Shown: positions 55,098 through 64,000 of the stretch, piece by piece
Layout: every line of letters starts with the position of its first letter
Numbering within the stretch: position 1 is the stretch's first letter
Source: an uncultured Planctomycetia bacterium
Lineage (GTDB): Bacteria > Planctomycetota > Planctomycetia > Pirellulales > S012-138
DNA: 64,000 nt
Assembly: GCA_963731685.1 (NCBI GenBank)
Contig: CAVSWR010000039.1
Span: 59,004 to 123,003 of the forward strand
Direction of reading: 5' to 3'
The notes under the pieces: model-generated
Seen by the model: only the letters and a program-made list of their open reading frames with translations
What the model was told of the DNA's origin: nothing
Database searches by the model: none
Program-made: the position numbers and the translations under genes

Positions 55098-56341
55098 TTA
55101 ATCATAGACGAAGCGGCCCGGGTTCAGCAGTCCTTTTGGATCGAACTGCCGCTTCACGGCCCGCATGATCGGCGCCGAGGGACTGGCCGGTCCCCAAACG
55201 ACCGCCCGGGTCAGTTCCGCGCCGTCGGGATAGGAGAGCACGACCACCGAGCCATCGGCCGCCCGCGCCGAGGGCTGAAGTTCGCGGATCAGGGCCTTCG
55301 AAAAGTCGCCCGCGGCCTGGTCGTTGAACCGGGCGATGACGACGCCGGCGCCTGCGTGCGCCTGAATCGAACAGCCCGGATCGACCGATTGCAAGCGGGC
55401 GACAAAGGCCGTCACGCCGCTGGGCCGCATGGCGGCTTTGATCACCTGGGCCTGCTCGCCGGCCTCGGGAAACTCGGCCAGCCGCTCCCACAGCGGCGCG
55501 ACGTCGCCGGGCTCGACGCGCCCGACGGATCGCCTTGCGACCGCCACCCGGCTTCGAGTTGTTCGGCCATCCAACGCACTTCGTCCTCGGCGCCCTCCAG
55601 GCCGACGAGCAAACAGGCGGCGCTCTCTTCGGCCCCATCGGCCAGCGCCGGGTCTTCGCGCCACTGCGGGCCGGTCAACAGTTCGACGGCCGAAGGCGTA
55701 ACCTTGGAGTGGACCAGATCGCCCAACAGCCGCTCGGCCTCGTCCAGGTCGGTCACATGGCAATACAGGAACGACGAGGCCGCCGGCTGCGGACGCACCT
55801 TCAAGGTGGCCTGCGTCACGACGGCCAGCGTTCCCAGCGAACCGATGAGCAACTTGCAGAAATCGTAGCCGGCCACGTTCTTCACGACACGCCCGCCGCC
55901 GTGGAAGGGAACGCCGCGGCCATCGACCGCGCTGACGCCGATCAGGTAGTCGCGCATCGTGCCGGCGCCATGACGCCGCGGGCCGCTGAAGTTGGTGGCG
56001 ATTACGCCGCCCAAGGTCGCCTGGTGCGGCTGGGGAACGTCGATCGGCAATCGCTGGCCTTGGGCGGCCAACTCGCGGGCCAGCTCGGCCATCGTCACGC
56101 CGGCTTCGACCGTAATGGTCATATCCCTCGCCGGATAGTCGACCACGCGATTCAACTTGGCCAACGAAAGCGCCAGACCGGGCTTGGCGCCGGGCAAGCC
56201 GTATCGCGGGTTGACGCCGCCGCCCAAGGGGTAAATCGGCGTTTCGTCGGCGTACGCCTGGCGAACAATCTCGGCCAGTTCCGCCTGGTCGGCCGGCGTA
56301 ACGGTGTCAGTAATCGGCAGGATTTCGGTTGTGGCGGCCAC
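55098..56341 (-). CDS. glcE: Glycolate oxidase FAD subunit GlcE (frameshifted near 55500-55560)
   Basis: ATLGGVIA, GGRVVKNVAGYDFCKL, GSLGTL, KRQFDPKGLLNPGRF. Confidence 0.88.
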
Positions 56342-56398
56342 GGTGTGTTGCGGTGGTTCCAGAGCGTTGCGAATGCGGGATGAAGCGGGGGGCCATGT

Positions 56399-57838
56399 TT
56401 ACAGCGCGGCGCGGCGGCCGGGCGCCTTTTGTTCCAGCCCGCAGGCGCCGGCCGTGGGCAGCATCTTGCGCGGACTCAGCCGGCCGGTCGGATTGAAGGC
56501 CGTCCGCAGGCGGTCCATCACTTCCAGATCCTCGGGCGTAAACATCTTGTGCATGAACTCGATCTTTTCCACGCCAATGCCGTGTTCGCCGGTCACGCTG
56601 CCGCCGCAGGCCAGGCACTCATCGAGAATCTCGCCGCTGGCCTTGAGCACGCGCTGCACCTGTTCCTGGTCGCGCTCGTCGAACAGCAAGATGGGATGAA
56701 TGTTTCCGTCGCCGGCGTGGAAGACGTTCACGACGCGCACTTCGTATTTCTCGGCGATCGCGTAGATGCGACGCAGAATATGAGGCAACTTCGTGCGGGG
56801 CACGACGCCGTCTTGCGTGCAATAGCTGGGGCTCAGCCGCCCGACGGCGCCGAAGGCCTGTTTGCGGCACTTCCACAGCTTTTGGCGTTCTTCCGCGTCG
56901 CGAGCCTGTCGAACCTCGCGGGCGCCCGAGGCGTTGCAAAGCTCGACGATGCGGTCGCGCTGGGCGTCGAGGCCCGCCTCCAGGCCGTCGACCTCGATCA
57001 GCAAAATGGCCTTGGCGTCCAGCGGAAAGCCGAAGTGAAAGGCGTCTTCCAGAGCGACCAGAATGCCTTGATCGAGCATTTCGAGCGCCGCGGGCACGAT
57101 GCCGGCGCCGATGATCTCGCTGATGGCGTTGGTGGCGTCGTCGACGGAATCGAACACGCCGAGCATGGTGCGATAGCCTTCGGGATTTCGCGTGAGGCGC
57201 ACCCAGACCTTGGTGGCGATGGCCAAGGTGCCCTCGCTGCCGACGATGACGCCGGTGAGGTCCAAACCGGGTTGATCCTCGGCGGGCCCGCCGAATTGCA
57301 CGATCGAGCCGTCGGCCATGACGGCCTCGACGCCGAGCACGTGGTTCACGGTCACGCCGTATTTCAGCGTGTGCGGTCCGCCGGAGTTGGTGGCCACGTT
57401 GCCGCCGATGGTGCAGGCGCCTTGGCTGGAAGGGTCGGGAGCGTAGTGGTAGCCGGTTCCGCGCAAGGCGTTGGTCAGCCAGATGTTCACGACGCCCGGC
57501 TGCACCACGGCATAACCGTCGCGGAGATTGATTTCGAGAATCTCCTTCATGCGCGTCAACACGATCATCACGCCGCCATCGACGGGCAGGCATCCGCCAG
57601 CGAGGCTGGTGCCGGCGCCGCGGGGCAAGAACGACACGCCGCGCTGGTTGCAAAGCCGCACGACTTGGGCCACTTGCTCGGCGCTGCGCGGAAAAACCGC
57701 CACGTCGGGGCGGTTCTTCTCGATCACGAAGCCATCGCACTCGTAAACCAGCAGGTCGGAGCGGGCCGACAGCACGTTTTCAGGCCCCAACAGGCCCTCG
57801 AGCTCCCCAATCAGGGACGAGATGGTGGAGGTTAGCAT
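56399..57838 (-). CDS. glcD: Glycolate oxidase subunit GlcD (FAD-linked oxidase)
   Basis: PRGAGTSLAGG, YAPDPSSQ, NSGGPHTLKYG, GSEGTL, FHAGDGNIHP, TGEHGIG. Confidence 0.92.
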   Translation of the reverse strand: MLTSTISSLIGELEGLLGPENVLSARSDLLVYECDGFVIEKNRPDVAVFPRSAEQVAQVVRLCNQRGVSFLPRGAGTSLAGGCLPVDGGVMIVLTRMKEILEINLRDGYAVVQPGVVNIWLTNALRGTGYHYAPDPSSQGACTIGGNVATNSGGPHTLKYGVTVNHVLGVEAVMADGSIVQFGGPAEDQPGLDLTGVIVGSEGTLAIATKVWVRLTRNPEGYRTMLGVFDSVDDATNAISEIIGAGIVPAALEMLDQGILVALEDAFHFGFPLDAKAILLIEVDGLEAGLDAQRDRIVELCNASGAREVRQARDAEERQKLWKCRKQAFGAVGRLSPSYCTQDGVVPRTKLPHILRRIYAIAEKYEVRVVNVFHAGDGNIHPILLFDERDQEQVQRVLKASGEILDECLACGGSVTGEHGIGVEKIEFMHKMFTPEDLEVMDRLRTAFNPTGRLSPRKMLPTAGACGLEQKAPGRRAAL

Positions 57839-58008
57839 GGCAAGCCGGACAATCCAGGGGCAGCGTTTCCCTCGAAGTATACCGGACGCCGGGAGCAATC
57901 GTAAGGCGCGGCTTGCGAAAGCGGCACGGGCGCAAGACGCTCCCCGCCACAGAGTCCGCCGAGGGGCGCCGTCTGCGAAAGCGGATCGCCGCCGGCCGCG
58001 GCAAGCGC

Positions 58009-58449
58009 CTATGTCGCCGCGGCTTCGTGCGGATGTCGCACGGTTACGACCGGGCACTGAGCGTGACGCATCACGTCCTCGGCCACGCTGCCCATCAGCA
58101 AACGCGAAAACCCGGTGCGGCCGTGTGTGCCCATCACGATCATGTCGGCGTCTTCTTCCTTGGCCAGATCGCAAATGGCAGTGGCGGGCGAACCGGTGAT
58201 CAGGCGCCGTTCGCAAGGCACGTTGGCGTCAGCGGGTCCCAGGCGTTCGAGCATCTGCTTCAGACCCTCGGTGTCGGGCTCGGGCAGTCCGTAATACATT
58301 TCGCCGCCGCCGTAGGCCAAAGGCGGTTCTTCCACGTGGACAATCACCAGCGTATCGCCCCGTTCACGGGCCAGCGAAGTGGCCTGACTGAGCGCGGCGT
58401 CACTGCACTTGGAAAAGTCGGTGGGAAAGATAATCTTGTGCGAGGACAT
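58009..58449 (-). CDS. Universal stress protein (UspA family)
   Basis: KIIFPTDFS, DMIVMGTHGRTGFSRLLMGSVAEDVMRHAQCPVVTV; AAGGAG RBS. Confidence 0.93.
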   Translation of the reverse strand: MSSHKIIFPTDFSKCSDAALSQATSLARERGDTLVIVHVEEPPLAYGGGEMYYGLPEPDTEGLKQMLERLGPADANVPCERRLITGSPATAICDLAKEEDADMIVMGTHGRTGFSRLLMGSVAEDVMRHAQCPVVTVRHPHEAAAT

Positions 58450-58727
58450 TTCAAGCTCCTTTCGACGAACAACGACCGAGTGAGACGAGCCGAGTCGAGA
58501 CGCCGTGGCGCCAAAGGAGATCGTATTGCGCCGCGGAAAAAAACGCCAGCCTGGGAAGGTCACGTCCCGGCAAGGGACGGGGGAAGGGATGGGTGTGTGC
58601 CAGGTCCATGACGCTCCCCAAGCCGGCCTCCTCGTTTGGTTCCTTTCGTTGCAACTTTTTCCAATGTCGCTCGCGGGCGGCGAAGGCCCGGGGTTGTCAA
58701 AGCTTGCTCTGGTGTGACAACTCCGGC

Positions 58728-58968
58728 TCAATTCCTCCGCACGAAGGCATACGCCTCGCTCTCGATCGTCAGTTTGACCCGTTGCGCAGCCGGCCTCCTC
58801 GGGCATTTCCTCCAAGAGTCGCAACAACAACTCCTGCGGCAGCCGCCACTCGGCCTGCTCGAAGGTTACTTTGAGCAGGCGCCTGTTTTCGGGATGAAAC
58901 TCATCGTCTTCCACTTGCATCGCGCCGGCGCCGACGCGAATCAAATGGGCTTGAATATCTTCCAACAT
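58728..58968 (-). CDS. Small hypothetical protein (probable frameshift near 58787)
   Basis: GGAGGT RBS before ATG58968; MLEDIQAHLIRVG...; the alternative frame ends QRVKLTIESEAYAFVRRN-TGA. Confidence 0.5.
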
Positions 58969-59081
58969 CGCACACCTCCCGGCCCGACCGGCGGGCCGTT
59001 GCAGCCAAGCCGGCGCCATGTGGCGCGGCTCGCTTGCTTCATTGCTTCCGGGGCTTCGCCCGGGGCCACACAGGGACGCCG

Positions 59082-59838
59082 CTACTGTTTCGGCGGCGCT
59101 GACTCTTTCGGCGGCGTTTCGACCTCTTGGGCCGACCGGGCGAAGCTAATGTTTTGCTGCTCCTCGTCTCGGTCGGACATTAACAGCCGCACCGAGGGGT
59201 CGATTAGTTCTTCCAGCCAGGCGCCAAAGTCCACGCTGGGCGACCGTTGATCGAAGCGTTCAAAGGCGTTCAAAAACACCTCTTCCACCACGTCGGCCAG
59301 CGTGAACTGACGATCCAACTGTCGCTGGGCCTCCGGATAGCGGTTGATCCAGCGTCCGGCCCGCATGCGCAACGACTCTTCATACACGTAGGTCTCGGCG
59401 CGGAAGGCCGCGTAGTCGCCCGCGGCGACCGCGGCTTTGATGGCTTCGGCGTCCGGCTCGCGCAGTCGGCGTCACGTCGTGCCGTGTGCCCTCTTCGTAT
59501 TTCGCAGTCTCGCCGGTGTGCGACATGCGGTACTTGTAGGCTTCGACTTTCTTGATCAGCTTTCGCACGCACCGCCGGAAGGCCACCGAGGGCCGCTCGT
59601 CCAAGTCGCCCGTGGCAAGCGTCTTTCCCGGTAAAACCAACGAAACCTTCACGCGGTATTGGTGGCTGCGTGGGTGCCGGATGAAGGAAAGGAAAAGGTC
59701 GGAGATGGGGAAATCGCGAACGGGCTCGCGGAGCGGATCAAGATCGGATTCCAGCCGTTGGATGTCCTCCGCGTTGAATTCGCAGTTTTCGGTGTCTAGT
59801 TTGATTCGCAGGTTGTAGCTTTCATCAGAGAAGCGCAT
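59082..59838 (-). CDS. HPF/RaiA-like domain fused to a sigma-70 region-2-like domain (frameshift near 59465)
   Basis: N-half ...YRVKVSLVLPGKTLATGD...AFRRCVRKLIKKVEAYK; C-half DVVEEVFLNAFERFD...FGAWL. Confidence 0.7.
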
Positions 59839-60708
59839 CTTCGGTTCCCCCCTTTGTTTTCAATCTGAACCGCCAGCGGGAGCACACTCCCGAATTTTTC
59901 CAACGCCTCCGCGGGACAGCGTCGTTTTTGCTCGCCTGATAAAGCGTAGCTCAAACACCCGGCGTCTCGCACTCTTCCTCTTCCCAAAGCGGCTGATGCT
60001 TCGGCGTCCGCCAGCGACGTCCTCTGTGGGAGCGCTTTGTGTGGCGGCGCCCGTCGCACACGCCGCACAGCACATTTACGCTGCCATTACGCTTGACCTA
60101 CGAGTTCTCCCTCGCACTCGCGCGGGTTGGAACCCTTCAACAACAACTCGCCGCAACGGTTAACAGCCAGCACAGGGGGATCGCCGCAACCAGCATTCCG
60201 CCCACCAGCGCTTGGGGAGACGATTCGAACAAGTGGTAGCTGCCCACGCTCTGCACCACAAACAGAGAGACTTCGGCGCCAAGACGCATCATGGTTTACC
60301 TCTCGTAGTTCGGTGTTAGGTTGCACATGGTGTGCGAAAGCCGTCTCTTGGTTAGCGACCTTTCGCATGGAAGCCCTGCGATCTGGAAGTGGGTTTGCTC
60401 ATGGCGTTTCAGTTGCTTGGCTGAAACACAGACAGCACTTGCTGGAATGTGCAGCAGATCGTGTGCCAATTTGCTGGCAATCGCCGACATTCGGCAAACA
60501 CCGCATGCTCAGGCTGCTTTGGGGACAGATTTCACCAATGACTTGGCTACTTTCGCGAACGACTTGGCTACGAACCGATCAGTTTGGTCGAATTACAACC
60601 CACCCCAGGCCGCCTGGGCCCGTCATTGCGTCGCGGTGATAGGTAAAGTGTGCGAAACGGCTCGCAAATGTGTCATTCCTGTAAGGCCGGGAGCCCGCCA
60701 TTCTGTCA

Positions 60709-60724
60709 CGGCATGAAATGTGCA
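60709..60724 (+). promoter_or_regulatory. Putative sigma-54 promoter
   Basis: CGGCATGAAATGTGCA with GG-N10-GC spacing, about 90 nt upstream of ATG60815. Confidence 0.5.
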
Positions 60725-60814
60725 TTGAAATAGATAAGTGGACGGCGGGAGGCGAACACGAGCGCACGCAATCGCCCCCATCCGCGAGAACTTACCACAG
60801 GAAAGGCGATTACC

Positions 60815-61348
60815 ATGAAGACACCTAGTAAAACCAAGGTCCACGACAAGCCGATTCGGTTGGGCGTTTTCACGTCGATGCCGGCGGCCGATCAGGCGGT
60901 GCATGGCCTGTTGAAGGCCGGTTTCAGCAAAGAGCAGATTAGCGTTCTCTGCTCCGATAAGGCGATCGAACACTACTTTCACCAGTTCGAGCATCAGGAT
61001 CCCGCCGGCGAGCACGAAACGCACAACGTCGTGACCGGCGGCGCCATCGGAATGGTGCTCGGGGGCTTTGGCGCGGCGGCGGTGACGGTGGCCACGGGCG
61101 GCGTCGCGGTGTTCATCACAGCCGCGCTGGGCGCTTTGTCGGGCATTGTCGTCGGCGGGTTGACCGGCGCGATGGTCACGCGGGGTGTGGAAAGTGAACT
61201 GGCCGACTACTACGACCAGTCGCTGCAACATGGCAAGATTCTCGTCGCCGCCGAAGCGCACGGCGACCGCGAGGAAGAAAGCCTTGCCAAAGCCGCGCAT
61301 GTGTTTGAACAAGCTGGGGCGGAACCTGTCGCCTTAGACGAGAGCTAA
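60815..61348 (+). CDS. General stress protein-like membrane protein (YflT-like with glycine zipper)
   Basis: GVF...ADQAVHGLLKAGFSKEQISVL, GGAIG...GG glycine zipper, YDQSLQHGKILVA. Confidence 0.85.
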   Translation: MKTPSKTKVHDKPIRLGVFTSMPAADQAVHGLLKAGFSKEQISVLCSDKAIEHYFHQFEHQDPAGEHETHNVVTGGAIGMVLGGFGAAAVTVATGGVAVFITAALGALSGIVVGGLTGAMVTRGVESELADYYDQSLQHGKILVAAEAHGDREEESLAKAAHVFEQAGAEPVALDES

Positions 61349-61403
61349 GGCTCCCACGCTCCGGGGACGAGTCGGAACGAGGTCATCTATTTGAGGCGAA
61401 ATC

Positions 61404-61869
61404 ATGTCTATCGCATTTGAATCCAAACAACAACTGCACGACGCGCTGGAAGCGCTGGAGAACCGCCTGGAAGCCCCCATTGTGCCGGGCGAGTTGGAGA
61501 ATTGGGCCGTTGAGGCGCAGGAGGCGTTCATTGAAATGGGAATCATCTTGCGGCGGCACATCGACACCGGCCACGCCGGCGAGTTCACGGCGATCGTCGA
61601 GCAAGATCCGGAGTTGGACTCGCGCAGTCGTACAGATGCGGCAGCAAGACAAGGAGATCGTACGGCAATTCGACGCCTTGCGCACGGAGTCGGCCCACTT
61701 GACCCAAAAGGCCAAACGCAGCGAGCCCGATGAAGCGCTGGCGGACCACCAATTAGCGCACTTTACCAAGCGCGCGTTGGACCTCATCATCAATATCCGC
61801 AAGCAGGAGTCGGCGGTAACGACGTGGTATCAGGAGGCGTTCCAACGCGACCGCGGCAACGTCGATTAA
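61404..61869 (+). CDS. Helical (hemerythrin-like) hypothetical protein, frameshift near 61622
   Basis: GAGG RBS; ETP-like LEAPIVPGELENW start; C-terminus IRKQESAVTTWYQEAFQRDRGNVD. Confidence 0.65.
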
Positions 61870-62325
61870 GCGAAAACCGCACGGCCTGCGCGCGGATTTG
61901 ACGCAATCGGTTCCTCGGAGCGCGTCCAGCGGTTCCAAGGGCGACACACACTGCCGCCGATACGAAAGCGAAACACAAGCGCCCACGCCTGAACGCTTGC
62001 GTTGCGGCGGCAGTGCATCAGGCGGTTGAGCCAAGTCGCTTGACCACATCCAGCGGCGAAAGCGGCCAAACCTTCGTAACACGTTTTCATCTCTCGGCTT
62101 ACGGCGAACAGCCGTCGTTTCTCGAGCAATTCCGGCCGCGATTCAAGCCGGCGCCCGGTCCGGCCGCCGCATAGGTTGTCGTTTGCGCAACTGCGGGGGC
62201 GAAGTTTGCGCAACTGAGGATTGCCAAACACCGGCACAATCCTTTACAATTCCTTGTTTCGGCCTAAAATCGTTCTCTTCGCACTGAGCACTAGACTCTG
62301 GGCACCCGACTCTCTCGAGCGACCG

Positions 62326-63798
62326 ATGTTTGAATCACTTCAGGACAACCTGAGCCAGGCTTGGCGTACGCTGCGCGGGACGGCGCGGCTGACCGAGTCG
62401 AACATGCGCGAAGGCCTGGGGTTGGTGCGTCAGGCGCTGTTGGAAGCCGACGTAAGTTTCAGCGTCGTCAAAGATTTCATGCAGCGTGTGACCGATCAGG
62501 CGGTCGGTGAACAAGTGCTGAAATCGCTACGGCCCGACGAGGTCGTGGCCAGCATCGTGCATCGCGAGTTGGTGCAGTTGATGGGCGAGGGCGATTCTTC
62601 GCTGCACCTGCACGATTTTACCAAGATCATGCTCTGCGGCCTGCAAGGCTCGGGCAAGACGACCACCTGCGCCAAGTTGGCGCGGCTGCTCAAGCAAAAC
62701 GGCCGCAAGCCGGCCCTGGTGGCCGCTGACTTGCAGCGTCCCGCGGCCATTCGCCAGTTGCAGGTGCTCGGGGAACAGTTGGAAGTCCCCTGCTTTGCCG
62801 ATCTGGAGGCGACCGACCCGGTGGCGCTTTGCCAGCGGGCCGTTAAAGACGCCCAACAGCAAGGCGCCGACGTGGTCATTCTCGACACGGCCGGTCGGCT
62901 GCACATCGACGAGGAGTTGATGCAGCAACTGCGCCGCATCGACAACAAAGTCAGCCCCGACCAGGTTTATCTGGTCGTCGACGGCATGACCGGCCAAGAC
63001 GCCGTCAACAGCGCCAAAGCCTTCAACGACGCCTTGGAGCTCAACGGCGTCATCATGACCAAGCTGGACGGCGACGCCCGCGGCGGCGCCGTGTTGAGCG
63101 TGCGGGCGGTGACCGGCGTGCCGCTGAAGTTTATCGGTACCGGCGAACACATCCAAGACTTGGAGCCGTTTCGCCCCGAGGGCATGGCCGACCGCATCCT
63201 GGGCCAAGGCGACTTGGCCGAAATCGCCCGCCGCGCCCAGGCCGAGATCGACGAGGACGCGCAAAAGAAGATCGAGGAGGATCTCGCCAAAGGCGAGTTC
63301 ACCTTGGAACAGTTCCGCGACATGATGATGCAGACCCGCAAGCTCGGGCCGCTCAACAAGCTGATGAGCTTGATGCCGGGCATGGGCGCCATGCGCGACG
63401 CGATGAAAGAGGTCGACGCCGACAAAGACATGAACCGGCTCAAAGGCATCATCGATTCGATGACGCAGGACGAGCGCCGCAATCCCCGCCGGGTGATCGA
63501 CCAGGGCCGGCGCCGACGCATCGCCGCGGGGGCCGGGGTCGAGCCGCACGAAGTCAACGAACTGGTCAAACAGTTCGACGTGATGGCCGACATGATGAAG
63601 CGGATGGCCGGCATGGGCATGCGCGAGCGCATGGGCTTGGTGCGCGAAATGCAACAGCAGGCCACCAGCCCGGGCGGCTTCAGCAAACAGAAACAGAGCA
63701 CCGGCAAGCGGCTCTCGAAGAAAGAACGCGACAAGCTCAAGAAACAAAAAGAGAAGGAAGCCCGGCGCCGCAGACGCGAAACCCGCGGCAAGTCGTAA
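62326..63798 (+). CDS. ffh: Signal recognition particle protein Ffh
   Basis: ALLEADV, GLQGSGKTTT, DLQRPAA, DTAGR, TKLDGDARGG, Met-rich M domain. Confidence 0.97.
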   Translation: MFESLQDNLSQAWRTLRGTARLTESNMREGLGLVRQALLEADVSFSVVKDFMQRVTDQAVGEQVLKSLRPDEVVASIVHRELVQLMGEGDSSLHLHDFTKIMLCGLQGSGKTTTCAKLARLLKQNGRKPALVAADLQRPAAIRQLQVLGEQLEVPCFADLEATDPVALCQRAVKDAQQQGADVVILDTAGRLHIDEELMQQLRRIDNKVSPDQVYLVVDGMTGQDAVNSAKAFNDALELNGVIMTKLDGDARGGAVLSVRAVTGVPLKFIGTGEHIQDLEPFRPEGMADRILGQGDLAEIARRAQAEIDEDAQKKIEEDLAKGEFTLEQFRDMMMQTRKLGPLNKLMSLMPGMGAMRDAMKEVDADKDMNRLKGIIDSMTQDERRNPRRVIDQGRRRRIAAGAGVEPHEVNELVKQFDVMADMMKRMAGMGMRERMGLVREMQQQATSPGGFSKQKQSTGKRLSKKERDKLKKQKEKEARRRRRETRGKS

Positions 63799-63867
63799 CC
63801 ACCGCACTGGCGCCCAATATCCCGTACCCACTTGCATTGTTAGCAGACAGAAACCCAGGAGAAACAC

Positions 63868-64000
63868 GTGGCGGTAAGAATTCGGATGAAGAAGTTTGGC
63901 CGGCGGCACCGGCCGTATTTTCGGATTTGCGTGATGGACAGCCGCAAGCCGCGCGACGGCCGCGCGTTGGAAGAGGTCGGCGCGTACGACCCGTTGCTCC
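63868..64000 (+). CDS. rpsP: 30S ribosomal protein S16 (partial)
   Basis: GTG start, MAVRIRMKKFGRRHRPYFRICVMDSRKPRDGRALEEVGAYDP; usual position after ffh. Confidence 0.95.
   Translation, partial: MAVRIRMKKFGRRHRPYFRICVMDSRKPRDGRALEEVGAYDPLL

Noticed and set aside
58009-59019. 336-aa 'extended USP' ORF
   Set aside because: Read-through caused by a probable frameshift in a small upstream gene; the USP has its own RBS and start at 58449.
3180-61869. Many split genes read as pseudogenes or programmed frameshifts
   Set aside because: Single-base indels are scattered across unrelated genes whose motifs are otherwise intact, with no in-frame stops or consistent slippery sites. Long-read assembly error is the simplest explanation.
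61870-62325. SRP RNA (ffs) upstream of ffh
   Set aside because: The conserved CAGG...GNRA...AGCAG helix-8 motif was not found by eye.

Overview
GC-rich bacterial chromosomal window, almost certainly from a Planctomycete (Pirellulales-like). Evidence: four DUF1559 prepilin-like genes, a PVC-type CxxCH haem-binding dehydrogenase, an 'IRE'-type protein and an NPYxSP membrane protein. About 15 genes are split by single-base indels, most likely long-read assembly error. Housekeeping and metabolic genes: lpxA (partial), ABC exporter operon, nucleoside MFS permease, aroE, Uup-like ABC-F, MlrC/M81 peptidase, glutamate dehydrogenase, glcDEF, a stress cluster, ffh and rpsP (partial). Most interesting features: (1) a short HSP90-family ATPase coupled to a tandemly duplicated helical partner whose copies differ in the middle, including a Cys motif; (2) a soluble AAA+/M41 protease with no transmembrane anchor and a small partner gene; (3) a mosaic four-gene DUF1559 pilin array behind a sigma-54-like promoter, near a giant vWA/secretin-like Gly-Met-repeat protein; (4) an integrase-less run of small genes separated by degenerate attC-like sites; (5) an IS4 element nested in a REP pair, inside a CTAG-bounded MITE, inside a repeat also present at 7 kb; (6) a probable HPF-sigma region 2 fusion, an orphan bufferin-like Cys-rich lipoprotein, a Tyr-rich secreted peptide, and an ABC-ATPase/TOPRIM pair beside an orphan methyltransferase. 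All family calls come from motif recognition by eye; no database searches were run.
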